DNA of 64,000 nt from Trichosphaerium sp. ATCC 40318 (lineage: Eukaryota; Protista; Tubulinea): the NCBI GenBank assembly GCA_038496445.1, contig JALMLS010000487.1, positions 212,407 to 276,406 on the forward strand, given 5' to 3'. This document shows, one piece after another, positions 24,240 to 37,444 of the stretch. Positions within the stretch are counted from its first letter, which is position 1; every line of letters begins with the position of its first letter. The position numbers and the translations under genes were made by a program. Below the pieces are notes generated by a model. It saw only the letters and a list, made by a program, of their open reading frames with translations, did no database searches and had not been told where the DNA came from.

Positions 24240-26980
24240 TTAATTATTTTCATGGCTTGGTGATGTTGAAAATCCATTGATAGTGTTTTCAATCTTCTTT
24301 TTACGTTCAATATACATCCACACTACAACTACAATGGAAGCTATAATAAAAACAATAGCAATGACTACTACAGCTATAATGATTACTGTCAAACTTCCAC
24401 TTTCTTCGTTACAAGCTGGAGATACAGTCAGAATAAGTGATCCTCTGTTTTGATTTAATCTGGTCCTATATGCACAATCTGAAGTGGATTCTATAGCTAC
24501 CCTACTAAACCCAGGAATGGTATCTTCGTCACATTGGTGACTCAAGAACATCAAATCGAAATCCTACAACAACATTTAGGCAAAATCAGCGAAGGTTGAG
24601 CTTGTTAAAGGTACGTTGAGGAGGGCTGCATTTGATTCTGATAGTTTAACAACTAAGCCAGTTTGAGAGATGTTAAGGCAACCCAACACAGTTACTGTAG
24701 CCTCATCAGTGATTGTCAGAGTTGAGCCAAGTGATAATGTTAGCGTGCCTACACAACAGTTAGAATTAAGTCAAAGCTTCGAAAACAGCACCATTTACGA
24801 CAAGGTCTGAGTTTATTATAATATCCGTGGTTGCGTTTAAGTCACCTTGGACGATCCAGACGCCACTAATGCATGACACAACATCGGCTGGTTTTGGTGG
24901 TAAACATTGTGTTATAGTAGATGTTGGTTGAGGTTGTGGACTTGTTGAAGGCGCTACACTTGAAGGTGGCTGACTTGTTGAAGGTGCCATAGGAACAACA
25001 ATAGATTCACCATTAAGGAAAGCGAAAGAAGCGGATGCAGAAGAGTTAGAAACAATCTATGGCATACAGTGAGTTTAAACAACGTTAATATTTGTGATGC
25101 TGTTGTACAAGAGTAGTATTGAGGATGTCATCATAAATTCCAACAATAGTATCTAATCTTTGTTTAGGCTCTAATTCGATTGCATCTCCATAAAAACCAC
25201 CAGATGTCTAAATAATGATTAGAAAATATCACGTGATTATTAACATCAGAAAGGACGTTATATTTAGATTAGTGTATCACGTGTAAACGCACATATTGTA
25301 AAAATTTCGTTGTTGTACTGTCTGTAACAGCAACTGTGAAAGAAACGGGCGTTTTGTCACCAGCTGGGAAAAAGCTAAAATGCTCTATTCTTCCTCCTAA
25401 CCCAATAGCTTCAACAGGGTCTGCGACTTGAGTGAAATTTATAGCATCGTATGTATCACAAACACCTTGATACTCATATAGGTATAGCCTCAAAGTAGCT
25501 TCGTGATCTTGAACTCCAAGAAGCACCAACTTTTTTTCGACATTGTGGGCTATTGAAGCTTGTGTTATTCCTCGTTCTGATATCACTATTCTACCAATCG
25601 TTTCATCCCGATTCTAAACGATTATCCGTGTTATAACTATGGTCACACAGATATCAACATCAAAATCACTTACTGGTTTTCTTGGCTGAAAATAAATTGC
25701 TTGTGGATCAAATAAAGAAAGTCGTGCTTCAAGAAAACAACCTGTGCCTAGTTCCGCAATACCTATTGGCGAGAAGCTGTTGCCGAACTCTTGTATGGCT
25801 TAAAGAATGTTATTTCAATACGTAAGGAAGCAGTGGAGGCTTACTATCTGGTATACGTTGCGCTGCTTGTTGTGGCTGCAAAGTCCAAAATGCTGCTTGT
25901 GATGCTTTGCCAGTGGCAATATTATGAACCCAAAGAGTATGTACACCTTGGCCTATAAGAACCTGTTAATTTTTTACAATGTCACGTGATTGAACGTGCT
26001 TGTTTGAAATGCTTTTATCCCTTGAATTTTGACAGTAGGCGTTTCCATTGGCCCAAAAATCTATACAGACACTGTTAGCAATCAATTGTTTTCTGTTTAT
26101 TTCGCAAACAAAGTTGCCGTTTCTGATCTGACTTGTGGATTCTAAACGGAATAGTTGTCATAGCCTTGATACACGTGTGTAGTTCCATCAAGATTGTGAT
26201 AACTTTTTTTTATACTAAGATGTCTTTGTGTACCGTGAGGGTTTCGTCGCCAAACTCAATGGTATGTGCGATTAGTTTCTCCGTGTTCGTATCATTAGGC
26301 TTTGATATCACTTGAATGAAATCCTCAAAGGGAGGTATGTAAGGGTCAGAAATGCCTTCTATAAACAATATTGGATATGTAAATTGTCCATGTTGTACAA
26401 TAGCTACGCAGAGTAATTAGCGATCAATAAATCCATCTTTGGAATACATAGCGTAATGAGTTTTGGAACTTTTCGAAAAATACTCCGTCGGTTTTTCATA
26501 AACACTCGAGTAAGTATTTAATAAACTAACGTCGCACTTGATTTATCCAGAAGGAACTATTGCCTTCTATTTACAGCGAAACGAACTCTAAATGTACATA
26601 CCTTCTGGCGTTCCTACACCTATAAATACCCCCTCCATATTATTTCTGTTCGCGTGACCGCCTTTTTAATCAGAAACTTAGTACACGTGACAAGTACCGA
26701 AAAAAAAACTTTCGGTTTTTATTAGACCTACTTTATTGAACTCGTACCTTGTACAGCGTAAACGTATACCCTCGTCCCATTTCGCAACCCAAGCGCAACT
26801 GTTTGATATGAAATATCGCTAGTATTTGAAAACAACAACGTCAGGTCGTGGTACTTGTTCGTCTCAAAAGCTTGAAACCCAAAACTCGGCCCTTTTTTTT
26901 TTTAATGGTTCCTGTTTATAGCACGACGTACCTAAACAACAAAGTACAATTACTAGAAGCGTCCTCGCATCGGCGTGCAT
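24240..26980 (-). CDS. Type-I membrane protein (signal peptide, large ectodomain, S/T/P linker, Cys-containing juxtamembrane domain, one TM helix, short tail)
   Basis: MHADARTLLVIVLCCLG signal; APSTSQPPSSVAPSTSPQPQP linker; TM LTVIIIAVVVIAIVFIIASIVVVVWMYI followed by ERKKK. Needs a 1-nt correction in a homopolymer near 26893-26903. Confidence 0.7.
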
Positions 26981-27490
26981 TTTACGTAGAGAAATTGAAC
27001 GGTCTGCTTATTATTCAATTCCAGTCAAAAACAAAAAATCCTTAGTTTTCAGATTCATTTTATCTTTAACCCCCCGAAGCTTACCGAGTTTTGTTTCTTA
27101 TTTTTGTGTTTGTATTCATACAAATACACGAGACCACACCATTTGAAAGTATGTTAAAGGTGCTTGACCCTTTCACTGCTACGTAAGTTGCAGTTACGTG
27201 GGCAGTAGCAAGTTTGTTTTATTTTGTTGTTTTCAAAGTTGAAAAAGTTCGTTTCGTATCATCAGTTTGTTCACTATTGCATCAACATTGTAAAATTAAT
27301 CTTCGTTTGAAGTGAAGGCATTTAAGTACCTTGACAAGTTGGTATACCTGTAAGAGTTCAAAATGTAAAATCTCCTAGTTCACGGAATGTGATCCCTTGT
27401 ACACCGCCCCGAGTTCATCGCACGTGTATAAACAAGACAACCGCTCCTCTTCCGTACCCGTTCTATATAAACCTCCCACATACACTCATC

Positions 27491-28850
27491 ATGCTTGTAA
27501 AGATAGTAAACACCAAAGATGAAAGGTTCAGACACAAATTGTTCTATTATCCTATCCTAACCTATAATAGGGCGCATAAAAGAATTTTAGACCTTCCCAC
27601 AGAGGTTTTAGCGCTTATTTTGCGTAAACAACAAAATCACGCTTTGCTGCTTCTCAAACATGTCATCACCTTGCTTCTATTGTTCACAATATTATTGGAT
27701 ACTGTAGCGTTCGGATTTCACGTGTTGACCAAGCTTCAGCAGTTTTAAAACACTCAAGTACTCTCCAGCACACAAACATCAAACTTGTTGGCAAAGCCAT
27801 TTCTGATGATGTTATCAAGACATTTGCTGGTGTTCATTCCATCAATCTTTGTGGATGTAGTGATACTGTAACTGATGAAAGTGTCAAAGCACTCTCTGGT
27901 GTTCATACCATTAATCTATGTAATACTACAGTAACAGATAAAGGGTTAAAGGCACTTTCTGGTGTGTCTAATATTCGTCTTGGTTATTATAAGCATATTA
28001 CAGATGAAGGGATAAAATCAATTGCTGGTGTACACACCATTAACCTATCTGAAGGGTTAAAAGCACTGCCATTAATCTATCTAATACTACAGTTACAGAT
28101 GAAGGGTTAAAGCACTTGCTGGTGTGCATGCTATTTCTCTGTACAGAACCTCTGTCACTGATGAAGGGTTAAAACCACTACATACCATTAACCTATCTAA
28201 TACTGCAGTTACAGATGAAGGGTTAAAAGCACTTGCTGGTGTGTCTAATATTCATCTTGGTTATTGTAAGCATATTACAGATGAAGGGATAAAATCAATT
28301 GCTGGTGTACACACCATTAACCTTAGAAATACTTTCATATCAGATGAAGGGTTAAAAGCTCTTTCTGGTGTTCATACCATTAATCTGTACAGAACCTCAG
28401 TCACTGATGAAGGGTTAAAAGCACTTTCTGGCGTTCACAATATAAAACTTCTTTATTGTAAGCATATTACAGACGACGGGATAAAAGCATTTGCTGGTGT
28501 ACACACCATTCGTCTATCTAATACTGCAGTAACAGATGAGGGGTTAAAAGCACTTGCGGCGTGCATACTATTTCTCTCTACACAACCTCAGTCACTGATG
28601 AAGGGTTAAAAGCACTCGCTGGTGTACATACCATTAACCTATCTAATACTGCAGTTACAGATGAAGGGTTAAAAGCACTTGCTGGTGTTCATACCATTAA
28701 CCTGGAGCATATTTTATTAATCTTAGAGGTTGTAAACAGATAACAAATGAGGCCATTAAATCACTAAATGGGGTTTGCAGCATTCATATTTTTTACACGT
28801 CAATTACTCAAGAATGTCTCGATCAACTGCTGTTGTCCAAAAATAATTAA
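27491..28850 (+). CDS. F-box plus tandem 21/22-aa leucine-rich-repeat protein, frameshifted in this copy
   Basis: ILDLPTEVLALIL F-box start; repeats GVHTINLSNTAVTDEGLKALA and GVSNIHLGYCKHITDEGIKSIA. Several frameshifts (pseudogene or consensus errors). Confidence 0.75.
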
Positions 28851-29918
28851 AGTGACGCAAAGTGTTTGGAAATAAAAAACCAATAGTTTTAATTGCCTGT
28901 TTAATCAAAATTCTGAAATTAGGCTGTTTTTGTGGTTGCTTAACTTGAATGGTACTGAAGAATACATGAGACGGTCAATGTCTAGTGAGTGCATATGCTT
29001 GGTCTTCGAATTACCACCTTCTGAAGGCAAATATGGAGCCGGTTGTCCCTGATCCATATAAGCATTCCTTAGATGACATGTCAACATCCCTAGCTTGGAC
29101 TCTTAAGCAACTCTGTTTTATTTAAACTTTCTTAAATTATTACACTTTAACATTGCTTCTTCTGCTATAGATCCAAAACCCATCTTTGGTCTCTGTGCTA
29201 TTGGTCCACGCGATGAAGCATTACCACTCACTACAATAAAATGGCTGTACACGTGTTTTCTCCGTTACAGACGTTTGGGTAAGACTTGGTATGACTCACA
29301 AATCAACTACAAACGCCTACAACGTGTACAAGAACATGGCGAGCAGCAATCACCCACATCCCACCCAAAAATTTCCTTTTCAATTTGTTTTAAAAACCTG
29401 TAAAACTTGCTTTTATTTTCCAAGTGTTTCTTGTATAATAGATAACAAATGCTTGGCGCTGCGCTAGAGCCACAAGACATTTTGTCTTCCTCCCAAACAT
29501 CGTCTAAGTTGAGTCCCTTTGGTTAGTTGATAGAAGAGTAGTAGTTAGTATCAGAACTCTAACATGAGTACAGCGTTCTTTTTTAGTTTTGGTAGATATT
29601 ATCACTCAAACACAACTTGACTCTGATAATATTAATACAAAGTGTATTACTTGTTGCTAAAACAAGAATTGTGGATAGTAGTGATACTCTCTTGTTTTAT
29701 TGTGTAACTGAGATAAAGTCTTCAAAGCCTCATCTAAGGAATGTGGTTGATCATATTCTCTGAAGCTTCCAGCTCACATTTTTTTCCACAATGTTATTGC
29801 TGAAAATATTGTGAAGAGTCAATCTTTAGATAACGTGACAAACCGTCAATTCTTCACAGAATAGCCAGACTTCCAATGACTTTTTAGTGCACGGATTCCT
29901 TGGTTTGTACTGACTTGC

Positions 29919-32339
29919 ATGGCTAATATTCAAGCCAGCGATGAAGATATTGTGCATTTACTTGATGAGGAGACACAAACCCTACTGCCAAAACGAACTT
30001 TATGGCACACTGAGAGTTTAGGCGTAATTCCAACGAAGAAGACGGATAAAGCCAAAATCAATAAAGAAACGATATGTGGGATATCGTACGAGTGGTATAA
30101 TCTCATAATAATGAGCGTCGGCTTTTTTCTTGTGTTTATGGCTGCAAACACTATTCAGAACTATATGACGACAATTTTACCAGGTAACGTGCTATTATCA
30201 CGCTAAAAACTGTGAAACTTCTTAAAACACTCTCCGACGCGTAGATATTACTTTAAACACAATAAACTGTTGCGTTTACGCTTGAAAAACTCATTTCAAC
30301 GTTTAACGTTTTACAACTGCTTTTCTACATTTTGAGTGGCCTTATAATGATCAATTATCGTTTAATAGCGACCTTGCCGCTATAATTTTTAGTTTGATAC
30401 TTTCTTTTTGCTGATTGCATCGCAGGAAAGCTTGGAAGCGTGTCAATGGCAATACTATGCTCTTCATGTGCATTTTTTTCTTTACTTTCTCCTGTGGTTA
30501 TCAGCTACATCTCCGAGAGGTGTGTCAATATTGTTCGGATTTTTTTTGTTGTAGTACATTTTTTATTAACACTTTTTTTTACAAAGGTGGTCGATGGTTA
30601 TTGGTGCAATATGTTATACAATTCTAATCGCTAGTCTTATAAAAATAGTACATATTTTATTGTATATAATAGCTTCAGTATGTGGTATTGGTGCTGCATT
30701 GCTGTGGGTTGCTCAAGGTGCGCCAAATTCTTTAAAAAAAAACAAAAAAAATCAGAACTATGTTTCTCGCTTGATTATGCACCAGCCATAGCCTCAAACT
30801 TGCTTGGATCATTATATAGCCTGTACCAATAATTCATGTATCACGTGTTATTAATCGATTTATTTAGGTGCTTTTTTGACAGAGATTTCCTCAGAAGGAA
30901 ATAGAGGTAGAAATTCTGGTATCTTTTGGGCAGCATACCAGCTTTCCTCTGTTTTTGGAAATCTTACTGCATACTTCATTTTTAAGTATCTCTCGTTTTC
31001 TACTCTTTGTATTATTTTTACTGTGATGGCTGGTTGTGGTAGTGTAGTAATAGGACTTCAAACAAGGTCACCAGTTGCGAAAATTGAACGAAAAGCAATG
31101 CGTTTCTCAAGGTAACAAAAAAAAAAGCTTTGTTGTCGCTTACAAACTTTGTTTATAAAGGCCATCTCCCTTCAAAGTCTTAAAGACTGCCTCCAAAATA
31201 ATACCACGTTATGAGTTTTTACTTATGACGCCGATGTTCTTATTCACAGGTATGTTAAGTGAATGTTAGTACCCTGATGACCAAAGCTCACCTTGTCTTA
31301 GGATTTGAGCTATCTTTTTGGGCAGGCTCTTTTCCTCTATTACTTGATGCTAAAGGTGTCGGATTAGCTCTGACATTTTTAGCAGCTGCAGATATGTTGG
31401 GTGGTCTTATAATAGGACCTATATCCGACAAGATAGGACACAGTTTTGTTGTAGTAGGAGGGTACTTTAAACATCTTTTTTGGTTTATGTTTTTCGTGGA
31501 GTATCTGTTAGCGTTTCTCTACCACCTGTTGGCCTTACGTTTCTCAAATTACTATGCTGGTTTTTTAAATAATCACGTGAACAAAGCACGGCTGTGGTTA
31601 AACACATTCTTATTTCGCTTTTTTTTTTAGGAGCTTTACTTTTGGTTTAGCACTCTTCTTTGTTATGTGTGTTCGTGATGGTTGGTGGTCTGATTCATTG
31701 ACACTTGATGGTGTCCCATGGACTGCTTTTGTAGCGGCTGTGCTTCTTGGGATTAGTGACTCTATTTTCAATACACAAGTAAGGAACTTTTCACGTAGCT
31801 TGTTTCGCCAATTAACTTGAAAATAAAGGTTTACTCTCTTCTTGGAGAAGCTTACTCTGGGGAGAGTATAGGAGGATTTACAGTATTCTTCTTTTTACAG
31901 GTAAAGACAAGCATTTAAACCTGGTTTTTTTTTTTTGAAAAATTCTTTACACGTTCATCCAGTATTTCTAAGAATGTGTTTTGTGTTTGTTTTTGAAAAC
32001 AACAATTTGCCAAGGTTGATACCGTTTACAATCAAAATCAGTTAACACATTACTATAATGATCAGTTCTTTCACTTGTATTTTTATTATCATAGTAATGA
32101 TATGATAAAGCAACCCACCAACACGGTACTTACTTTATCTACAGAACTTTGCTATTGCGATTGGATTCTTCTATCCTCCACATATCCCTCTTGCCAATGT
32201 TGAAGGGTCAAGCTATGCCCAAATATGGATTCAACTTGGCTTACTTATAGTGAGTACTATTTGTTATGTTGTAGCAGATCAGATTATCACTGGTACAAAG
32301 AAACATCAAGTACTTAGCATTATCCATAGTATAGATTAG
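29919..32339 (+). CDS. UNC-93-like / MFSD11-type MFS membrane protein, multi-exon
   Basis: GFFLVFMAANTIQN, GIGAALLWVAQGAFLTE...RGRNSGIFWA, LMTPMFLFTGFELSFW, LLGISDSIFNTQV. Confidence 0.88.
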
Positions 32340-32888
32340 AAAGTAAACAATTCATCTGAACTATGTGATAAATAAAATTTGTAAACTAATGGTAATGTTC
32401 ATTGTTCGTGTGCCTTGCAGAAATCATGTAACTGTTTTTCTTCAATATTGATTAATAGTGAAGAAAATGGTATTCTTTGCTACCTTAACACCATACAATT
32501 AATACGTTACGGGAGGCTTTAGATTCTTGTTAGGGTTTGTTGTTTTCATTGCAAGTCCGCTAAAACTTAAATGTTATTTATTATTTAAAGTGGTTTATCG
32601 ACGTTGAAAAACTATGTTTAAAGTCAGTAAGTTGAATGAGTATCATGTACCAAAAGCATGTTGGTCACGTGTAGTTTTGAAGAAAACAACAGTCCCTCGT
32701 TTTCTTGAAATTGCTTTAACTGAACTACATAAAAAGAAGGCAATTCAAGGTCTTTAGATTGCAGGTCGGGCAGGAAGACTTTGCTATTGAACACAAGGGC
32801 ATTGATCAACTTTGCTACTGTTCTTTTGCGCATCGATTAGTGATGCAGTACAGAAAACAACAAAAAGCAGTTTGTTTTTAGCTTCAAT

Positions 32889-33542
32889 TTATTTAATTCC
32901 AGCCTCAAGTAGGTCCTTTACTATCTGTTTCTCGTCTTCATCTAGTTCCACACCAGCTGCTTTCACAGCAATTGCCCATGATTGCGCCCAAACTTCAGCA
33001 AAGAAGGCTGCCATACGCTTTGAGTATCCATACGTTTGTGCCAGCGCACCATTTCCTTCATTTTCACGCCATGATTTCATGCCACAAGCGTGTGCAGCTT
33101 GCCAAACCTTGTAATGAATTAGTGCCACGTGATAAATAAAAAACAGAATGAGACACTTTGACTAAAAGAAAAGGAACGTCATACCTTCGGATTACCAAAA
33201 GCGTTGAAAACCATTTGTAGTGCTGCCGAAGCAACAGTGAACAATAAATCGGTTACAGTGGAACCAATCCTAACAGTTGAGTTAAAACCCAAAGTCTGAC
33301 TGTGTAGAACAAACGTACGCGTTGACAAGTTTATCTGCTAGGCTAGTGTTCCGTTCTAAACATTCTTTAAAGAAAGTGCGTGTCTTTGTTCTGAGGATGT
33401 TTAAAAAGTGATTTATAGCCTTGTATATTGGGTTACTGGAGTTTGACAAACTTTCTCGAGCTATACGGATTATAGCTTTTGTATTTTTGGCAATCTCTAC
33501 TTCAGTAGGTTTTGTTTCAGTAAGTTTTGTTTCCGTTGTCAT
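32889..33542 (-). CDS. Hypothetical helical protein, 3 exons
   Basis: ORFs 33282-33542 and 32889-33128 join through a short middle exon (IGSTVTDLLFTVASAALQMVFNAFGNPK) with GT-AG introns. Confidence 0.65.
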
Positions 33543-34851
33543 TGTCTTGTAGTTGCTGATATTATGACTATTTTACAGTTCGTGAACAGGTTCACAGTTC
33601 CTGTAGAAGATTTCTTTTCAAGGAACCAAGCGCGCTTACATTGGATAGAAGCAGATAGTTTGAATTTGTATTTTCATACACGTCTTTTAGTTCCTGTCTG
33701 TTTTATACAAAGAAGCTAATACCATAAGAAGGCACCTCCCAATGGTTTAACAGGTTGGTCATGAGCTATTTTTGTTAGTTCCTTGTCAAAATGTACTAAA
33801 TTTCCAACCCTTGCCGCAGTATTGGTTACAGTTTCAATACCGTGGGAGATGATCGCAGTATATTTTTGCCTACACAGTACGATCAACCCACAGAAGTGTC
33901 CAATGAGCTAAAAACGAATTTAAAAAGTTTGCAAAAGCGAATTAAAAAGGCATGATGTCCTACAAAGCTATCGCATTACCGCCAAACACGGTATGAATAC
34001 CTCAAACACTGTTTGCTGTATGTTTTTACTTCCAATCAACGTACGTGTATAACTTACTAGCGCTACGCTAGCGCCTACCCCACGCTAACAAAAGCGCTCT
34101 CGCAACACCCAAACATCAAGGCATGTGTAATAACGCTAAAATCTCCAAAAACACCAGCGTAGCTGTAGGCTTTGTAAACGCCGGCGGGTGTCAAATATCC
34201 AAATAAAAATTGTTGGTTTGTTAAATCACGTGTTGAATTGATTGGCCCAATAACGTAGGTTTGAAACGGTTGGATTTACTGGACAGGCTTGAGGAACACG
34301 TTTAAAAAGGGTGAGATTTGCAAGATCTGCCAGCAGTGTCAAATCCGTCAGATCCTACAGGTACTGGATTTTTTTTGCTAAAAGTCACTCTGTCTCATAA
34401 CTTGAATGAAACAGGCAATACAGTTTAAAACGTAAGCCAAGAAAGGTTTCACGTTAGCTCCATCGGAAAAATAGAAACGAGGCTGTTATTGCAATAAGTT
34501 CTAGTATAAGTTTACAACGTTTTCTTCCTTGTAAAGAACCTTTGTCTTGTCATATGTATAAGACCTTATACAAAGCGCCCAGAAGTTGAGTTCTCCACAT
34601 ATAGGGATTGTTAGATTATGCCTTGTCATGTGATGATTGATGATAAATCACATGTGCCTTAGGTAAAAATAATATAAACTATGTAGAATCGTTCCCAGCA
34701 TCGTCTAGCAGTGTATACTCATGACATATCATACATCAACTTACAAGCTATCTTTTTACAACGTTTGGCGTTTCGGTTTTGTGCCACGTAACTGTTTTCT
34801 TGAAAGACCGATTTTGAGTGGAAAAGTCAGTTCTGTGTCTAATACTGAGTC

Positions 34852-36860
34852 ATGGGCTCCATTTTCTCGTATTTTCGGCCTAAAAGGGTATTATAATACG
34901 TTAGTACATATATTAACGAGCGATAGGGCAAAATAGGCGCGGAACTCGAGAAACTTGACCAACAGCTCCAAGAAGCCGAGGATAGGTTACAAGGATACGC
35001 TCAAGCACATAGAACGTTAACATGGCGCCTTTTGATTTTATTCACTTTACTGGAGCTCTCTTATCTCGTGTTCTGGTACTTTATAGTTGTTATTACAGAA
35101 CCATGGGAGCGTTTAGTTTATCTTGTGCCGATAGTAGCTATACCGTTTGGGTACGTTTTTACAACTTGTCATTATACGCCTTGCGCTGAATTAGTGCGAT
35201 AAAAGCGTACAGAATCAAGAAACGTAAATTAACGAAAAAAAACCTACATTTACGTTTAAATACCATCCTGACTATTGCATATAGTAGTATGTTATTGAAT
35301 AGGATTGTAAATTGGTATTACGGGAGATGTAGGCGATTATCACGTGCGATCTTTTTCTTATTCTTTAAAACAAAACAAGTTTTTTAAATTTACGCCATAA
35401 GTCAGAAATTTCGCTCACGTGTGCTTACTTTTTAACTATTTATGCAGTGGCTTACAGAGACAAAATTCATAAGCAACAAGTCGAAAAGGTACCCTTCACG
35501 AGGTAAAATGATTATGAGCTAACTACTGTTAAGTTAGAAGAGCTCAAAGAATTTACAAACTACTATGAAACAAGAAAACTAGTTGAAACATATGAAAGCA
35601 CTCTGAAGAACCTTACACCAGGTGATCCAAGAAAGCAAAACCCAGGTACATTTTTAGAACACTTGACTCAAAAGTATCACTTCACAATGACATCAGAATC
35701 AAACTTGAACCTCCAAGAAACTGGAGAAGAAAACCCACATTACTTACAAAATCAATTAAGTTCACCATCACCGCCATTTTTAAACAACTCTTTAGGTTTG
35801 AGACGTAGACCGGGTGCAACAGCTGCCATGACACCTACGGGACAGGTATTACTTCATCACAACTTTGAGTATTTTTAGTATCTTCTAACCATCCCAATAG
35901 CCCCGCCAAGCGCCAACACCAAAAAGCGCACCACCAGCAAACTATCGAAGACCGACCGCATCAATGCCAACTGGTGGTATTGCCGCACATAACTCACAAA
36001 GAGAACCTGCACAAACTGGATTCAGATCTCCTGAACATTCTAGGATTCAACAATCTCAACCTCCAGCAAACTCTCCTTACAGACCACCACCGCAGGTAAT
36101 AGAAACTACTTGTACTCTTCAGCCATTAACGTTTTTATCTCAAAAAAAACAGAATCAACCACGACAAAATGTTATTCGTTCTCCACCTCCTTCTATGCCT
36201 GTACCTGCTCACATGAAACAAAGTACTCCATTTAAATATTCAAAACACTTAGATGTATTTTTTACTGAAAGTTAATTTTAGGAGCAGCAAGACAAGTACA
36301 AGCTCCTGTAAATGTTCAACCACGTAAAGCTGGTTATTTTGATACTTTATTGGATTGGTTGATTGATGGAGATGACAAGGAAAAGCAAGAACCTTACTTT
36401 AGGTAAGTTAATGATGAGTTGCTTTATTATTCGGTTGATATATCGTTATTATTTTTTGAAACATTAAAAACTTTTGGATCGCATAAAATACATTTGGTCA
36501 GATTTCATCACCTTTACTTAAGAACGTTTAAACGCATGAAAAAACATTCAAGGAAGCAACATTCATTAATGATGACAATAATTGATCGGTCTTACAATTA
36601 ACTCTTGATTTAATTCTTAATTGTCCTCCTTTTTGTTTAGTTTGCTATCACGTGTACTGATTCTTATTTTAAGACGTGTGACTCCAGTCAAAGCAGCTCG
36701 TAGTAGACAAGCAGTTGCAACTCAAAAAGAAGAAATGGATTCTATCCCAGAACCTGCTCCTAGAAATGAGTCTCAAGCACCAGAACGTAGACAAATCATA
36801 GAGAAGAGTTCAAAAGAAGAAGTAATTGATAATGACGCACCAAAAGATAAAGATGCATAA
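34852..36860 (+). CDS. Lunapark-like ER junction protein (no zinc finger seen)
   Basis: MGSIFS myristoylation-type start, coiled coil ELEKLDQQL, two close TM helices, LEELKEFTNYYETRKLVETYE, Pro-rich region, GYFDTLLDWLIDGD. Confidence 0.8.
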
Positions 36861-37444
36861 ACAACAACACAACACAAAGCCTCCCTTTGGCAAAACCCAC
36901 AAGGCAGGAGACAACCAAAAAAAACAACATCAAATACTCTTTTTTTCAAACATCACGTGATTATATAATGTACATACTTTAATTTTTGAAAAAAGAACAT
37001 GTGGATCAAGGAAACTAATAAAATATGAATTAAAAATACATTACTAATTAACTAAAAATATGATCATCCTGCTTGAATTTAGGACAGAAATCTTCTACCC
37101 TTACAGTTCTATTAGTTAAGTTGGTTAAACACTCTTACTTCTTTGGACTAATACACTAAGTTGCACGTGCTGGATCTGAAACGCCACACCGCTGCGAGAA
37201 ATTCAGCAAAGTAACAAACATCTTTCGAAACTTGGGCTACAATTAGCCTCATTCACTTAGATTAACAAGTCCTTTATTTTCGTCGACCACAATGCTCCTA
37301 ACTAAACAACCAACTAGGAAAATAAAAAACAAGTAATGACACAAAAGATGGTGCACAAGGTAAATAAGTACAGCTAGGCTTTACTCAATAAGAACATTTC
37401 AGCCCATACAGAACATAGGTCCCAAAGAGGACAGTAAGTCCAAT

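Noticed and set aside
27394-27412. CCCTTGTACACCGCCCC resembling the SSU rRNA universal TGTACACACCGCCC motif
   Set aside because: Imperfect, no flanking rRNA similarity, and the mirror copy reads CCGCCAC; chance match.
27829-28745. Regularly spaced repeats as a CRISPR-like array
   Set aside because: These are contiguous coding LRR units without unique spacers, in a eukaryotic gene.
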